Source of the DNA: an uncultured Holophagales bacterium
GTDB lineage: Bacteria > Acidobacteriota > Thermoanaerobaculia > Multivoradales > UBA5704
NCBI GenBank assembly: GCA_963842525.1
Contig: CAWJGT010000013.1
Coordinates: 1 to 64,000 of the forward strand
Direction of reading: 5' to 3'
DNA length: 64,000 bases
The position numbers were made by a program, and so were the translations under genes. Shown in pieces: positions 19,032-31,196 of this stretch. Every line of letters begins with the position of its first letter. Within the stretch, counting starts at the first letter, position 1. The notes beneath the pieces were generated by a model, which saw only the letters and a list, made by a program, of their open reading frames with translations, did no database searches and had not been told where the DNA came from.

Positions 19032-20196
19032 CTACCGGACGCTCAGCCGGGCGGAGCGGGTCTGCCCCCCAACTTTCGAATCCGTGAACTCCTCCCAGAC
19101 TGCCGCTTCCAGAGTACCCCAGCCGAGCTTCCATACCTCGACCGCGCCATCGGCTGCAGCCAAGTAGAGCCCATCGCGGCCGGCCGCCATGCTGACCTCA
19201 CCTGCAGGTGACAACTGTACGGCAATTGTTTCAACCGTGCCGGTCACCGGATTGTACCGACCCAGAGCCGTTCCGCTGCCCGTCAGCGATGGGCCCAGGA
19301 GCATATACAACACTCCATCCGGACCGAGAGTCCAGCCCCGGATCCCCAATTGAGCTGTAAATACGCCGGCATGGGCACCGGGGTTTCGATAGCCCTGTTT
19401 CTGCAGGCTCGCGACGAAGCTCTTCTTCAGCTCCGCCTCGTCACCACGGTGCCGGGCCGCGCCGGTGCCGAGCACGATCTCGGTGTCCATCCTGCTGGCC
19501 GGCGTGAAGCGGCGCAACCGCCCTGTGTAGGGGTAGGCGACCCACATCCTCCCTCTCTCGTCCCCCAGCAGCTTGAGGGTGTGGTCTGCGAAGAGTGCGT
19601 TGATCGGGTCCCGATCCTGGGCGCGCTTCGGCGCCACGCCCGGGATGTAGGTCTCCCACAATCGGTTTCCGAGCCTCAGCACAAGGGGAGGCACGGGGGG
19701 GCGTCCCAGGGAGGCCTTGCGGCCGATGCTCATCGGCAGGATCCCGGCCGCCGGAGTGTCCCGCAGCACCGCCACCGATGTCACCAGCCATCCGATGTCG
19801 GGCGTGCTCTGCAACTTGCCATCCTGAACGCAGATGACCCGGTTTGCGGCCGCAAGGGCCCATAGCCTGCCGTCCCGGCTCAAGGCGGCGCTGGCGATCT
19901 TTTCACCGGGCGGTGATACCTGCCTCGAGCCGTCGCGGCTTGCCGATGACTCCTCGGTCGATGGGGTAGACATCGAGCGTATCCCCCCGCAGCAGGAAGA
20001 GGTTGCCTTTGCCGTCCGCCTGGAGAAAGCGTGGCGTCTTCCAGGAGTCAGGCAGAGGGACTTCGGAGGGGATCAGGGGAGCGGTACGTACTTTGCCCTG
20101 ATTCTCGCCCTTCGCAAGGCCACTTCCCAGGAACAGAAACACAAACACGGCCGCTCCCATCAGGAGGGCCACCCTTCTCGATCCTAGGTCTCGCAT
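19032..20196 (-). CDS. Secreted beta-propeller-like hypothetical protein (frameshift near 19915)
   Basis: Signal peptide in ORF 19903-20196 continues into ORF 19032-19973; repeats such as ADGKGNLFLL, DERGRMWVA, GPDGVLYML. Confidence 0.6.
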
Positions 20197-20366
20197 AGCC
20201 AGCCACCGCTGAAGGTACAGAAGTTACGGCAGTCGGTGCTCGAACCATCCTCCCAATATACTGTAACCCCGGAAAAGCAAATTGCATAGACGACAGGAGC
20301 GACTGCAGCGAAGGTTGCCAGTAACACTACGACGAGAACAGACTTCTTGCCAGATGGTCTCTTCAC
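20184..20366 (-). CDS. Small secreted 4-Cys peptide
   Basis: RBS AGGAGAGG; signal peptide ending VYA; mature ICFSGVTVYWEDGSSTDCRNFCTFSGGWLCET. Confidence 0.6.
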   Translation of the reverse strand: MKRPSGKKSVLVVVLLATFAAVAPVVYAICFSGVTVYWEDGSSTDCRNFCTFSGGWLCET

Positions 20367-20658
20367 GTCCCTCTCCTTTGGATTCTACCGCAGTTCCTGT
20401 AATAAACAGGGTGCGCACCAGCCTGTCCAGTGAGACACTCGGTCGCAAGCAGGTTGCTCCGAGAGCTTTAAGGCCCCCTCCCTGGACCTGAAATCCGCTG
20501 CCTGGCGCCCTCCTCTGTTCGTGTCTCTCCCTATTAGATACGGAATTGGAACTTTTGTTCAAGTGGTTTCGTCAGGTTGAGAAGACTTTGAGTTATTTCG
20601 AAAAGCGCTTGCCCGCCGTACTGTTGGTCGTCGCTGAAACCGGCCGCCTCGGGAGGCC

Positions 20659-21844
20659 CTACTCCCGGGCTTCTGGAGGGTCGAGGACGGTGAAGTAGAA
20701 GGTCGTGCCCTTCCCCTCCTCGCTCTCCAGCCAGATTTGGCCGCCCATCTGCTCGACGGCCTCGCGGGCGATGGCGAGCCCGAGGCCGGTGCCCTCGGCC
20801 ACCTCGGGGTGGGCGCGCACGAACTGGTCGAAGACCCGGGACTGCATCTCCGGAGCGATGCCGACGCCGTTGTCGGACACCGAGATACGCCAGTAGCCTT
20901 CGTCGTCGCGTTGCACGTTGACGCGCACCCAGCGGTTGTCCTTGGCGGGGTCGGAGTACTTGACGGCGTTGCCGATGAGGTTGATCAGCGCCAGCTCGAC
21001 CCGGGTGGCGTCGACCTGCACGTCGGGGACGGTGTCCTGGGCTTCGAGGCGGACCCCCTTTTCCTCGGCCAGGCCGCGCACCTCGGAGACGGTCTCCTCC
21101 ACGATGCGCCCGTAGCGCGAGCCGGCGTCCCTGGGCGCTCTCCTCGCTCCCCTGTGCGATGGCCAGCGCGTGCACGTCGTCGGCCACCCCCTTGATACGC
21201 TGCAGGGTGTTGCGCAGGATCTTGAGCGTCTTATCCCGCCGTGCGCCTTCGAGCCCGGGGCCGTCCTGCTCCAGCAGGTACAGGGCCGCTTCGGCGGTGT
21301 GCAGGCGGTTGCGCAGCTCGTGGGCGAGATCGCGGCCGAAGCTGCCGAGCAGGCGCGCCCGCTCCCGCCGGTCGCGGAATCCCTCCTCGCGGAAGGTGGT
21401 GGCGGTGATCGTCGGTGATCGCCATCAGGGCGCGGTAGAGCCGTTCGGCTACCTCGATCGCATAGTCGGCCGGGACATCGCGGCCGAAGCTCTGCGCCTC
21501 CTCGCGCAGCGCGTTGTAGAGGATCTCCCCGAGGATCTCGAATTCGGCCAGGATCTCGTCGATGTCGTACCCCTGCTCGCGGCGCAGGCGCGCCAGGTTG
21601 GCTCGAACTCGCGCCGCACCATGTGCTGTGCCTCGAGCTCTCCGCCCGAGCAGAGGTAATCGGAGACCGCCTTCAGCACCTCGGGGATGTGGTTGAGCAG
21701 GGCGTCCGACGGAAAGACCCTGCGCGGATGGACGTCGAGGCGTTCGAGCAGCCGGTCCAGCCAGGCACGGGTCAGCTCTGTCGAGCGGCGATGCAGCTCG
21801 GATCCGAGATGGGCTTCGAGCGCCAGGACATCTTTACGGGGCAT
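20659..21844 (-). CDS. Sensor histidine kinase with RsbRD-N-like input domain (frameshifts near 21600, 21420 and 21130)
   Basis: HELRNRL H-box, NLIGNAVKY, DNGVG, GTGLGL. Confidence 0.8.
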
Positions 21845-21892
21845 ATACAACTCGTCTCCAGGAAACCGAAATTGACGAACAGGGCTACGGAA

Positions 21893-22504
21893 TTATAGCC
21901 CAGGCGCGGGGCCGTCGTAGCGCGACCGGCGGACGTGCTGGCGCAGGCCGTCGAAGATCCAGGCAAGGGACTTTCCGGTCGCGCGGTCCATGGCTCCGGC
22001 CGGGGCCATCCCTCCGGGGTCGGTGTAGAGGCGGCAGGTGGCGAGCGTCGCGCCCGGTCCAGCGGCGACGAGGGTCCACGAGCCGCGGTGGTCGCGGAGG
22101 TTCCCGGAGCCCGGCACATAGGCCCAGTCGGCGCGCCAGATGGTACCCTCGGCAGTCCGCTCCACCCGGCTGTGGAAGCGGACCCGGTACGACCGCCGGC
22201 CGAGGGGAAACGGCAGGTCCAACCGCTGCGAGCTGAGGACCGAGCCGTCCTTCTGCCGCTGCGCATCCGAGGCTTCCAGGAACGGCATGAACTCGTGCCA
22301 GTGCTCCACGTCGGCGATCGCCCGGAAGACCCGCTCCGGCGGCGCCTCGACGCGGCCCTGGCCGATTCCTTCCTTGGGCCGCCCGGCGCCCACGGTCCGC
22401 AGCTCCACCCGGACCTCGCCGACCTCGCCGGGAGCCGCCGCGCCCAGGAGGAGCAGGGCGAGCAAAGCGATCCGGAACAGCCATTGCAAGTTGGAGGGGG
22501 ACAT
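21893..22504 (-). CDS. SRPBCC/START-domain protein
   Basis: VEAPPERVFRAIADVEHWHEFMP, GSWTL, YTDPGG. Confidence 0.75.
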   Translation of the reverse strand: MSPSNLQWLFRIALLALLLLGAAAPGEVGEVRVELRTVGAGRPKEGIGQGRVEAPPERVFRAIADVEHWHEFMPFLEASDAQRQKDGSVLSSQRLDLPFPLGRRSYRVRFHSRVERTAEGTIWRADWAYVPGSGNLRDHRGSWTLVAAGPGATLATCRLYTDPGGMAPAGAMDRATGKSLAWIFDGLRQHVRRSRYDGPAPGL

Positions 22505-22544
22505 GCTGGTGTGCCTCGGGGCCGCCGACTGACGATACAGACGC

Positions 22545-23099
22545 ATGGACAAGTCATTCTATTCCCGCTGGCGGCGGCTCCTCCGCCGGCTCGCGGCCCT
22601 CACGGTCCTGGCGATCCTGGGGTGGCTGGCCTGGCCCTATCTGCGGCAGGCGGTACGGGTCGCGAAGCTGGTCCGCGAGCCGATGCCGGCCGTCCTCCCC
22701 GTGCCCGTCGAAGGGGTCGACCGCTCGGATCTGGTGGACACCTGGGGCGCCGCCCGCAGCGAAGGGAGGACGCACCAGGGGATCGACATCTTCGCGCCGC
22801 GCCACACCCAGGTCCTGAGCGCTACGCACGGCCTCGTCATCCGCCGCGGCTGGAACCGCCTCGGCGGCCGGACGGTCTCGGTCCTCGGCCCCGGCGGCCT
22901 CTACCACTACTACGCCCACCTGGAGGAGTACGACGAGCCGGACGTCGGCGACTGGGTGGAGGCCGGGCAGGTGTTGGGCTACGTCGGCACCTCCGGCAAC
23001 GCCGAAGGCACGCCGCCCCATCTCCATTACGGCATCTACGGCTGGAACGGCCAGGCCACGAACCCCTATCCGTTGCTGGAGAGGACCCTAACCCGCTGA
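22545..23099 (+). CDS. M23 family metallopeptidase
   Basis: HQGID, YAHL, VGTSGNA..TPPHLH. Confidence 0.9.
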   Translation: MDKSFYSRWRRLLRRLAALTVLAILGWLAWPYLRQAVRVAKLVREPMPAVLPVPVEGVDRSDLVDTWGAARSEGRTHQGIDIFAPRHTQVLSATHGLVIRRGWNRLGGRTVSVLGPGGLYHYYAHLEEYDEPDVGDWVEAGQVLGYVGTSGNAEGTPPHLHYGIYGWNGQATNPYPLLERTLTR

Positions 23100-23162
23100 C
23101 TCGCCCACCACGATCAGGGTCTCGCAGCGAGTGTCGACCAGGAGGTCGGCTAGACTCCCGCC

Positions 23163-24158
23163 ATGGTTGCGCTCGACCAGGTCTCGACCGTGCCGCCGCC
23201 GCTGCGCATCGGCGTCTCCGCCTGTCTGCTGGGCGAGGAGGTGCGCTACAACGGAGGGCACAAGCGCGATCCGTTCCTGACCGACGTTCTCGGCCGCTAT
23301 GTCGAGTGGGTGCCGGTCTGCCCCGAGGTCGAGATCGGACTGGGGACCCCCCGGCCGGCCATGCGCCTGGTGCGGATCGGCAAAGGAGAGGAGAGCTCGA
23401 TTCATCTGGTGGCCCCGGAGACCGGGGCCGACCACACGGACGCCATGCGCGTCTACGCCGAGCGCCGGGTCGAGGAGCTGGCCCGTGCCGGCCTCGACGG
23501 CTACATCCTGAAGAAGGACTCGCCGAGCTGCGGCATGGAGCGGGTCAAGCTCTATCCCGCCGCAGGAGGGCAGGCAACGCGGGAGACCCGCGGGCTCTTC
23601 GCCGACGCCCTCCTGCGCCGCCTCCCGCACCTGCCGGTCGAGGAGGAGGGGCGGCTGCACGATGCGCCGCTGCGCGAAAACTTCATCACCCGCGTCTTCG
23701 TCCATGCGTGCTGGCGCCAGGCCGAGGCCGTGGGATGGACGCGCGCGGCCCTGATGCGCTTCCACGAGCGGCACAAGTTCCTCCTCATGTCCCGCAGCCA
23801 GGCAGGCATGCGCCGGCTGGGCCGCCTCCTGGGTGAATCCGGTAAGAACGGCGACGTCCGTGAGCTCGCCCGAGTCTATCGGGAGGGAATGACCGAGGTG
23901 CTCCGCCGGCCGCCGACCCGGCGCGGCCATACCAACGTCCTGCAGCACCTGGCGGGTTTCGTGTCCGACAAGGTCGACCGCGGAGACCGGGAGGAGCTGC
24001 GCGAGACCATCGAGCGCTACCGGCTCGGCCTCGTGCCCCTGATCGTGCCGGTCACGCTCCTCCGCCACCACGTCCGGCGGCTGGAGGTCGAGTATCTGCG
24101 GGACCAGATCTACCTCGACCCGCACCCGCACGAGCTGATGCTGCTGAACCGCGTGTAG
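23163..24158 (+). CDS. DUF523+DUF1722 protein (2-thiouracil desulfurase/YbgA family)
   Basis: GVSACLLG..VRYNG, CPEVEIGLGTPR, SPSCG, NVLQHLAGF, ELMLLNRV. Confidence 0.9.
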   Translation: MVALDQVSTVPPPLRIGVSACLLGEEVRYNGGHKRDPFLTDVLGRYVEWVPVCPEVEIGLGTPRPAMRLVRIGKGEESSIHLVAPETGADHTDAMRVYAERRVEELARAGLDGYILKKDSPSCGMERVKLYPAAGGQATRETRGLFADALLRRLPHLPVEEEGRLHDAPLRENFITRVFVHACWRQAEAVGWTRAALMRFHERHKFLLMSRSQAGMRRLGRLLGESGKNGDVRELARVYREGMTEVLRRPPTRRGHTNVLQHLAGFVSDKVDRGDREELRETIERYRLGLVPLIVPVTLLRHHVRRLEVEYLRDQIYLDPHPHELMLLNRV

Positions 24159-24272
24159 GGAGGGCCGCCCTCGCGACTCCAGGGAGATCCGTGCCGTTCG
24201 CGAGGCCGGCCCCAGGGACCGGGGTCCGCGTTCCGCGCTTCGTGGTCCCGGTCACGCGGACCGCGGTCCCGA

Positions 24273-24983
24273 TCACGTGAGGGGCACGACCTCGATCTCC
24301 TGCCGCAGCTTGACGATGCTCTTCTCGGGATAGATCCCTGACCGGAGCTGGACGCCCGGATAGATCTGCGTGCCACGGCCGACCACCACGCCGGGGTTGA
24401 GCACGCAGTTGCATCCCGTCAGGACTCGATCTCCCAGGACGGCGCTCAGCTTGCGCCGGCCGCTGCCGATGGAGTGGCCATTGACCACGATCCGCACCTC
24501 GCTCCCGTCGTGGCGGAAGTTCGACAGGATTGTGCCCGCTCCGAGGTTCACGTGCGCGCCGAGGATCGAGTCCCCGACGTAGTTGAGGTGCGGCGCCTTG
24601 GCGTGCGGAAAAAGGATCCCGCGCTTGATCTCCGTGCTCGCTCCGACCACGCAGCCGTCGCCGATCCACGTGCCGCCCCGGATGTAGGAGCCGGGCCGGA
24701 TCTCCACGTCGCGGCCGATGAAGACCGGGCCCTCGATCACCGCGCCCGGATGGATGCGCGTCCCCGAGCCGATGACGATCCGGTCTCCGACGAGGTGCAC
24801 GTCAGGTGCGAGGCGGATCTGGATGTCGTCCGAGGGCAGCCCGCCGAGGACTGCATCGAGAGGGTCTCCCAGCAACGTCCACGGGGCGGAAGGGTCATAG
24901 AAATCGGCGAACGGCTCCGGGATCTCGGCGAAGAGCGGAGGGAGCTCCGGAGTCCTGGAGATGGAGAGGGGCTCTGCGGCCAT
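24273..24983 (-). CDS. Hexapeptide-repeat acyltransferase (GlmU C-terminal-like)
   Basis: IEGPVFIG, HLNYVGDSILG..VNLGAGT, RKLSAVLGD. Confidence 0.85.
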   Translation of the reverse strand: MAAEPLSISRTPELPPLFAEIPEPFADFYDPSAPWTLLGDPLDAVLGGLPSDDIQIRLAPDVHLVGDRIVIGSGTRIHPGAVIEGPVFIGRDVEIRPGSYIRGGTWIGDGCVVGASTEIKRGILFPHAKAPHLNYVGDSILGAHVNLGAGTILSNFRHDGSEVRIVVNGHSIGSGRRKLSAVLGDRVLTGCNCVLNPGVVVGRGTQIYPGVQLRSGIYPEKSIVKLRQEIEVVPLT

Positions 24984-25064
24984 TGCGGTGTCCTCGCGGG
25001 TTCTCTTCGGATGAAAAGCTCAGCAGCAAGCGACGTGCCCGCCGGATGATATCGTGCCGCCGCC

Positions 25065-25682
25065 GTGGCCCGCTTCCGCCCGCTTCCCGCCTCCTTCTAC
25101 CGCCGGCCGGCCGAGGCGGTTGCCCGTGACCTCCTGGGGTGCTACCTGGTGCGTGAGCTCGAAGGAGAACGGCTGGTCCTCCGGCTGGTCGAGACCGAAG
25201 CCTACCTCGGTGCCCCGGACCGGGCCAGCCACGCCTGGGCGGGCCGGCGCACGCCGCGCAACGAGAGCCTCTATCTGCCCGGCGGCCACGCCTATGTCTA
25301 CTTCATCTACGGCATGCACTTCTGCCTGAACGCGGTCACCGGGGAGGCGGACATCGGCAGCGCCGTGCTCCTCCGCGCCGGCGAGCCGGTCGAGGGGGAG
25401 GAGCGGATGCAGGACAACCGTGGGTGGGTCCGTCCTCCGCGCCCGGGAGACCTCGCCGGCGGTCCCGGCAAGCTTTGCCAGGCCCTGGCGGTCGGCCGTG
25501 ACCTCGACGGTGTGCCGCTCGGCCGCCCGCCGCTCTACATCACCCAGGGGGAGCCGGTGCCGGAGGAGGAGATCATCGCCAGCCCGCGCATCGGCGTCGA
25601 CTATGCAGGTGAGGCCGCCGCCTGGCCCCTCCGCTTCACCGTCCGCGGCCACCGCCACGTCTCGAAGCCGTGGCCGAAATAG
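25065..25682 (+). CDS. mpg: DNA-3-methyladenine glycosylase (MPG/AAG)
   Basis: VETEAY, YVYFIYGMH, AVLLRA, GPGKLC, PRIGV. Confidence 0.92.
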   Translation: MARFRPLPASFYRRPAEAVARDLLGCYLVRELEGERLVLRLVETEAYLGAPDRASHAWAGRRTPRNESLYLPGGHAYVYFIYGMHFCLNAVTGEADIGSAVLLRAGEPVEGEERMQDNRGWVRPPRPGDLAGGPGKLCQALAVGRDLDGVPLGRPPLYITQGEPVPEEEIIASPRIGVDYAGEAAAWPLRFTVRGHRHVSKPWPK

Positions 25683-25686
25683 GCGT

Positions 25687-27307
25687 CTAGCTTTCGATCT
25701 TCCCCGCCCGGCGCAGCCGCTCCAGGTGAGCGAGGATCTGCCGCTCGGCCAGCGGATAGGCTTCCTTCGGTACATCGTCGTACACGGTCGGGAGCATCTC
25801 GGCAGGAGCACGTACCCCCCGTCTCCAGGCGTCGAGGACCTTCTCCTCCCGCCAGAGCCGGTGGTCGATGTACTCGCGCAGCCGGGCCACGCCCCGCCGG
25901 ATCGGCGGGCCGTGCCCGGGGAAGAGGGTGCCCGGCCGGAGCGCCGCGAGCTTGGCGAGCGATCCCAGGTAGTCGTCCATGTCTCCTTCGGGAGGATCGA
26001 TGACGATCGTGCCGAGGCCGGCCAGCAGGTCGCCCACCAGGGCCGAGCGCCAGGTCTCGTCGAGGAAACAGAGGTGCCCGCGCGCATGGCCGGGTGTGTG
26101 GACCACGCAGACCGGGAAAGGCGGATCTCCAGCGAGGACGACCCGTTGCCCGTCGGTCAGCTCGCCGTCGATCGCAAGACCGCGCCCGGCCAGCCGTTCG
26201 GCGGTCAACGGATGAGCGAGCACGGGGACGTTCAGTGCCTGCCGCAGCCGCGCCACGCCCCCGATGTGGTCCGCATGGTGGTGCGTGAGCCAGATGGCGA
26301 CCACCCGCCGGCCGAGCTGGTCGCGCGCCACGGCGAGGGCGCGCTCCAGGCGTTCGTTCTCGAGATCGAGCGGCGAGCCGGGGTCGACCAGCACGGCCTC
26401 GCCCGTTCCCAGAAGGTAGGTGTTGGTGGTGGTCGCCGGCGGCAGGGTATGGGTCGACAGCGGGAACAGCAGCACCCCGGGCCGCATCTCGATCCGCCGC
26501 AGCGGGCCGAGGTTGGTCTCGGAGGGATCGCGCAGGCGGCCGAGGCCGGCTTCGGAGCGGGTCCCTCCTGGTGCAGAACCTCCAGGATGTGCACGATCGG
26601 CGGCGCGGCCAGTCCCTCGCCGCGGCGCAGCACCTCCAGCGCCTGCTCCGGGATCGATCCACTCGCCCGCGGCGCACTCGCCGGGCAGGACCGAAGGCTG
26701 GACCTCCTCCTCGCGCGGCCATTCCAAAAGGAAGAAACGATTGTCGAAGCGGAGCGGCGCAAACGGCGGCGTCAACCAGCGGCCGGCCCAGACCAGGCGC
26801 GAGGCGTCGAGCTCCACCCCGAGGTCCGACAGCGCCTCGGCGAAGCCCCGCTCCTTGGCGAGCACCGCCCGCCGCGTCCGATCGAGGGCGGCCGGATCGA
26901 CCGCCGGTGTCGCGAGGAGGAGCCCCGTCTCCTCGTACAGCTCCCGCAACGCAGCGGCGACCAGCCCGGGGACCAGGTCCGGTCCGGGCTCTTCGATCAG
27001 CGACTCCGGAAAGCCCAGCGCGGCTGGCCCCTCTCCGGCGCCCACGGGATTTCCACAAACGGGCAGCCCAGCGTCAGCGCGCGACAGGCCGCCGCCGGGG
27101 AAGGCGTGCCACCCGCCCATGAACGGCAGCTCCTCCGAGCGTTGTATCCAGAAGACCTCGATCCCGCCGTCCTGTCCGCCGCCACGGCACCACCGCCGCC
27201 GAGGCACGCACTGGCGGCAGGGATAGTCCCCCGGCCGGTCCTCCGCCCGCGGAAAGGTTCTTCAACACCAGCTCGTAGAGGCTTTGCTGCCCCGCGCCCA
27301 GGCTCAT
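25687..27307 (-). CDS. NUDIX + metallo-beta-lactamase fusion protein (frameshifts near 27180 and 26560-26640)
   Basis: FPGG...AALRELYEETG Nudix box; THHHADH, TPGH, PGHG MBL motifs. Confidence 0.8.
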
Positions 27308-27357
27308 GCTGCGGCTTATATCATGGCGGACCGGAAGCCACTGTCCGACGACGGCAC

Positions 27358-27470
27358 GAGAAGCCCGGCGATGAATCGCCGGGCTATGAACAGCGCCCCA
27401 TAAATGGGGCTTGAAGCCGGGTTTCACCCGGCGCTGTTCTTAGCCCGGGCATTCATGCCCGGGCGGCCAG
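27358..27470. repeat. Cluster of short REP-like hairpins
   Basis: AGCCCGGCGAT-ATCGCCGGGCT, GCCCCAT-ATGGGGC, GCCGGGT-ACCCGGC, GCCCGGGCAT-ATGCCCGGGC. Confidence 0.6.
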
Positions 27471-27601
27471 GACGACCTCGCGCCTGGGGCCAGGGAAGGG
27501 ATCGCCGCCCGCCAGGGGTTAGAATGTCTGGACGATGTCACCCGCCCGTCACTCCGCGGGCGGATTCTCTTGACCTTTTTTTCTATGGAGGCCTCCAGGA
27601 G

Positions 27602-29629
<2,028 letters not shown>

Positions 29630-29630
29630 G

Positions 29631-30899
29631 TCACCACCTCCACCGCACCGAGAACCCCCAGACCTGGTTCCTGGAGCTGTACGTGCCGCGGACGAGGGGG
29701 TTCGGCTCCTGGCCTCCCGCTCCGCGGTTGTCGTGGTCGTGGTAGGAGTATCCGACGTCGAAGGAGATTTGCGGGAAATTGTAGCTGAACCCGGTGGCAT
29801 AGACCAGGGCGTCGCCGCGCGGGAAGCCGGGCTCGATCGTCGAGCCGGGGACCGGCGAGGGCTCCCAGGCCAGGCCGCCGAAGATCAGGAAGTTGTCCGT
29901 GATGTTCCCTTCGGCGCCGAGCCGTATGCCGAGAGTGTCGTCCCAGTCGCGCGGGGTGAGCTCGGTGCTGCTCTGGGCCGAGAGCGGTGAGCTGATGGTG
30001 AGCGCGGTCGCCTCCAGGCTCGACCAGCTCTGCCAGGCGAGGTCGAGCTCCAGCCGCAGCTCCGGATACGGCGCATACCAGACGCCGCCGCGGATTTCTC
30101 TTGGAATCTCGAAGCTCTGCCGCGTCCCGCCCCGGGGGGTGAGGTTGCGGACCAGCGTCTCGATCTCCGCCGGAAAATCGCGGGGCTCGTAGGTAATGTC
30201 CCCCGAGCCCTTGAGCTCGGCGGGCGCACGGTAGACGGCTCCCCAGCCCCAGGAGGGAGCCGCGTAGTGGACCGAGAGGTCCCAGGAGATGTCGTCCACG
30301 TCGGCCTCGGCCTTGCGCTCGAGCTCACCCGAGAACGTTTGGCCATTCGGGAGGGCGATCGTGACGGCATCGTTATCCTCCTGATCGAGCGTGCCGTAGA
30401 GGTACCGCACGCCGCCCCCCACGCTCCATCCTTCACCGAGCTCCCAGGCCATCACCGGATGGAGCTCGAAGACGGTCAGCTCGAATTTGCGCTGCCGGAA
30501 ACGGCCCGGGAAGAGGGCGGGCTCCCAGTCGACCTTGTACCAGAACGGCGCGTCCAGCCCGATTCCGAATGCGAACGGGCCCTGCCCCTTCCAGGTCAGG
30601 TACGCCGCCGGAGGAAAGTCGATGATGTGCTTGGCGGAGAAGCTTCCGGAGGGGCTTTCGTACTTGTCGATGGAATGGTCGAAATCAAGCCCGGCCTGGG
30701 CCTGGAGGCCGTCGAGCTGTGTGATCGCTGCGGGGTTGTAGGTGACCGCGGAGGGCTCCGACGCGCGGGCGGTGAAGGCTCCGGCCTGGCCCATGGCGCG
30801 GCCGCCGTGCTGGAACAGACCGAAGCCGGCTGCTGCTGCGAGATCCGCCTGCACGAGACCGACGACAAGGCACAGCAAGACGAGGCGTGGATGGCGCAT
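29631..30899 (-). CDS. OmpP1/FadL outer-membrane transporter
   Basis: Signal peptide, AGFGLFQHG..MGQAGA, YNPA, aromatic C-terminus. Confidence 0.85.
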   Translation of the reverse strand: MRHPRLVLLCLVVGLVQADLAAAAGFGLFQHGGRAMGQAGAFTARASEPSAVTYNPAAITQLDGLQAQAGLDFDHSIDKYESPSGSFSAKHIIDFPPAAYLTWKGQGPFAFGIGLDAPFWYKVDWEPALFPGRFRQRKFELTVFELHPVMAWELGEGWSVGGGVRYLYGTLDQEDNDAVTIALPNGQTFSGELERKAEADVDDISWDLSVHYAAPSWGWGAVYRAPAELKGSGDITYEPRDFPAEIETLVRNLTPRGGTRQSFEIPREIRGGVWYAPYPELRLELDLAWQSWSSLEATALTISSPLSAQSSTELTPRDWDDTLGIRLGAEGNITDNFLIFGGLAWEPSPVPGSTIEPGFPRGDALVYATGFSYNFPQISFDVGYSYHDHDNRGAGGQEPNPLVRGTYSSRNQVWGFSVRWRW

Positions 30900-30950
30900 A
30901 ATCTCTCCCGGGCCGGCGTGCGGGCCGGCCGCTACGGTTCTTCCTGAAGG

Positions 30951-31046
30951 TTCCACGGATCGGATGTCCGGCACGATCCGGTTCTCGGCCACCGTGAGGA
31001 TAGCGAGCGTCAGGGGGAGATGGAAGCGCCGCGGCCCGCAGACCCC
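30951..31046 (-). repeat. ~96-bp duplicate of the 3' end of the metallophosphoesterase gene (other copy 34502-34597)
   Basis: Encodes CGPRRFHLPLTLAILTVAENRIVP(D/E)IRSVE in both places. Confidence 0.9.
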
Positions 31047-31196
31047 TAGTCGCGTTGCCATTTTGCGAGCTGACATTGACCGCTCCAAAGCCCGTCGCGG
31101 ACTATGCAGCTTCCACGCCAGAGATACTTCCGTCACGAAATACTCGGCCCCCGGCCGACACTCCAGGGTGGGGGGCGGCGAGGAGGAGGCGAAGCT

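Noticed and set aside
29631-31136. 501-aa FadL with a long N-terminal extension
   Set aside because: The extension is the duplicated phosphoesterase tail; the signal peptide starts at ATG 30899.
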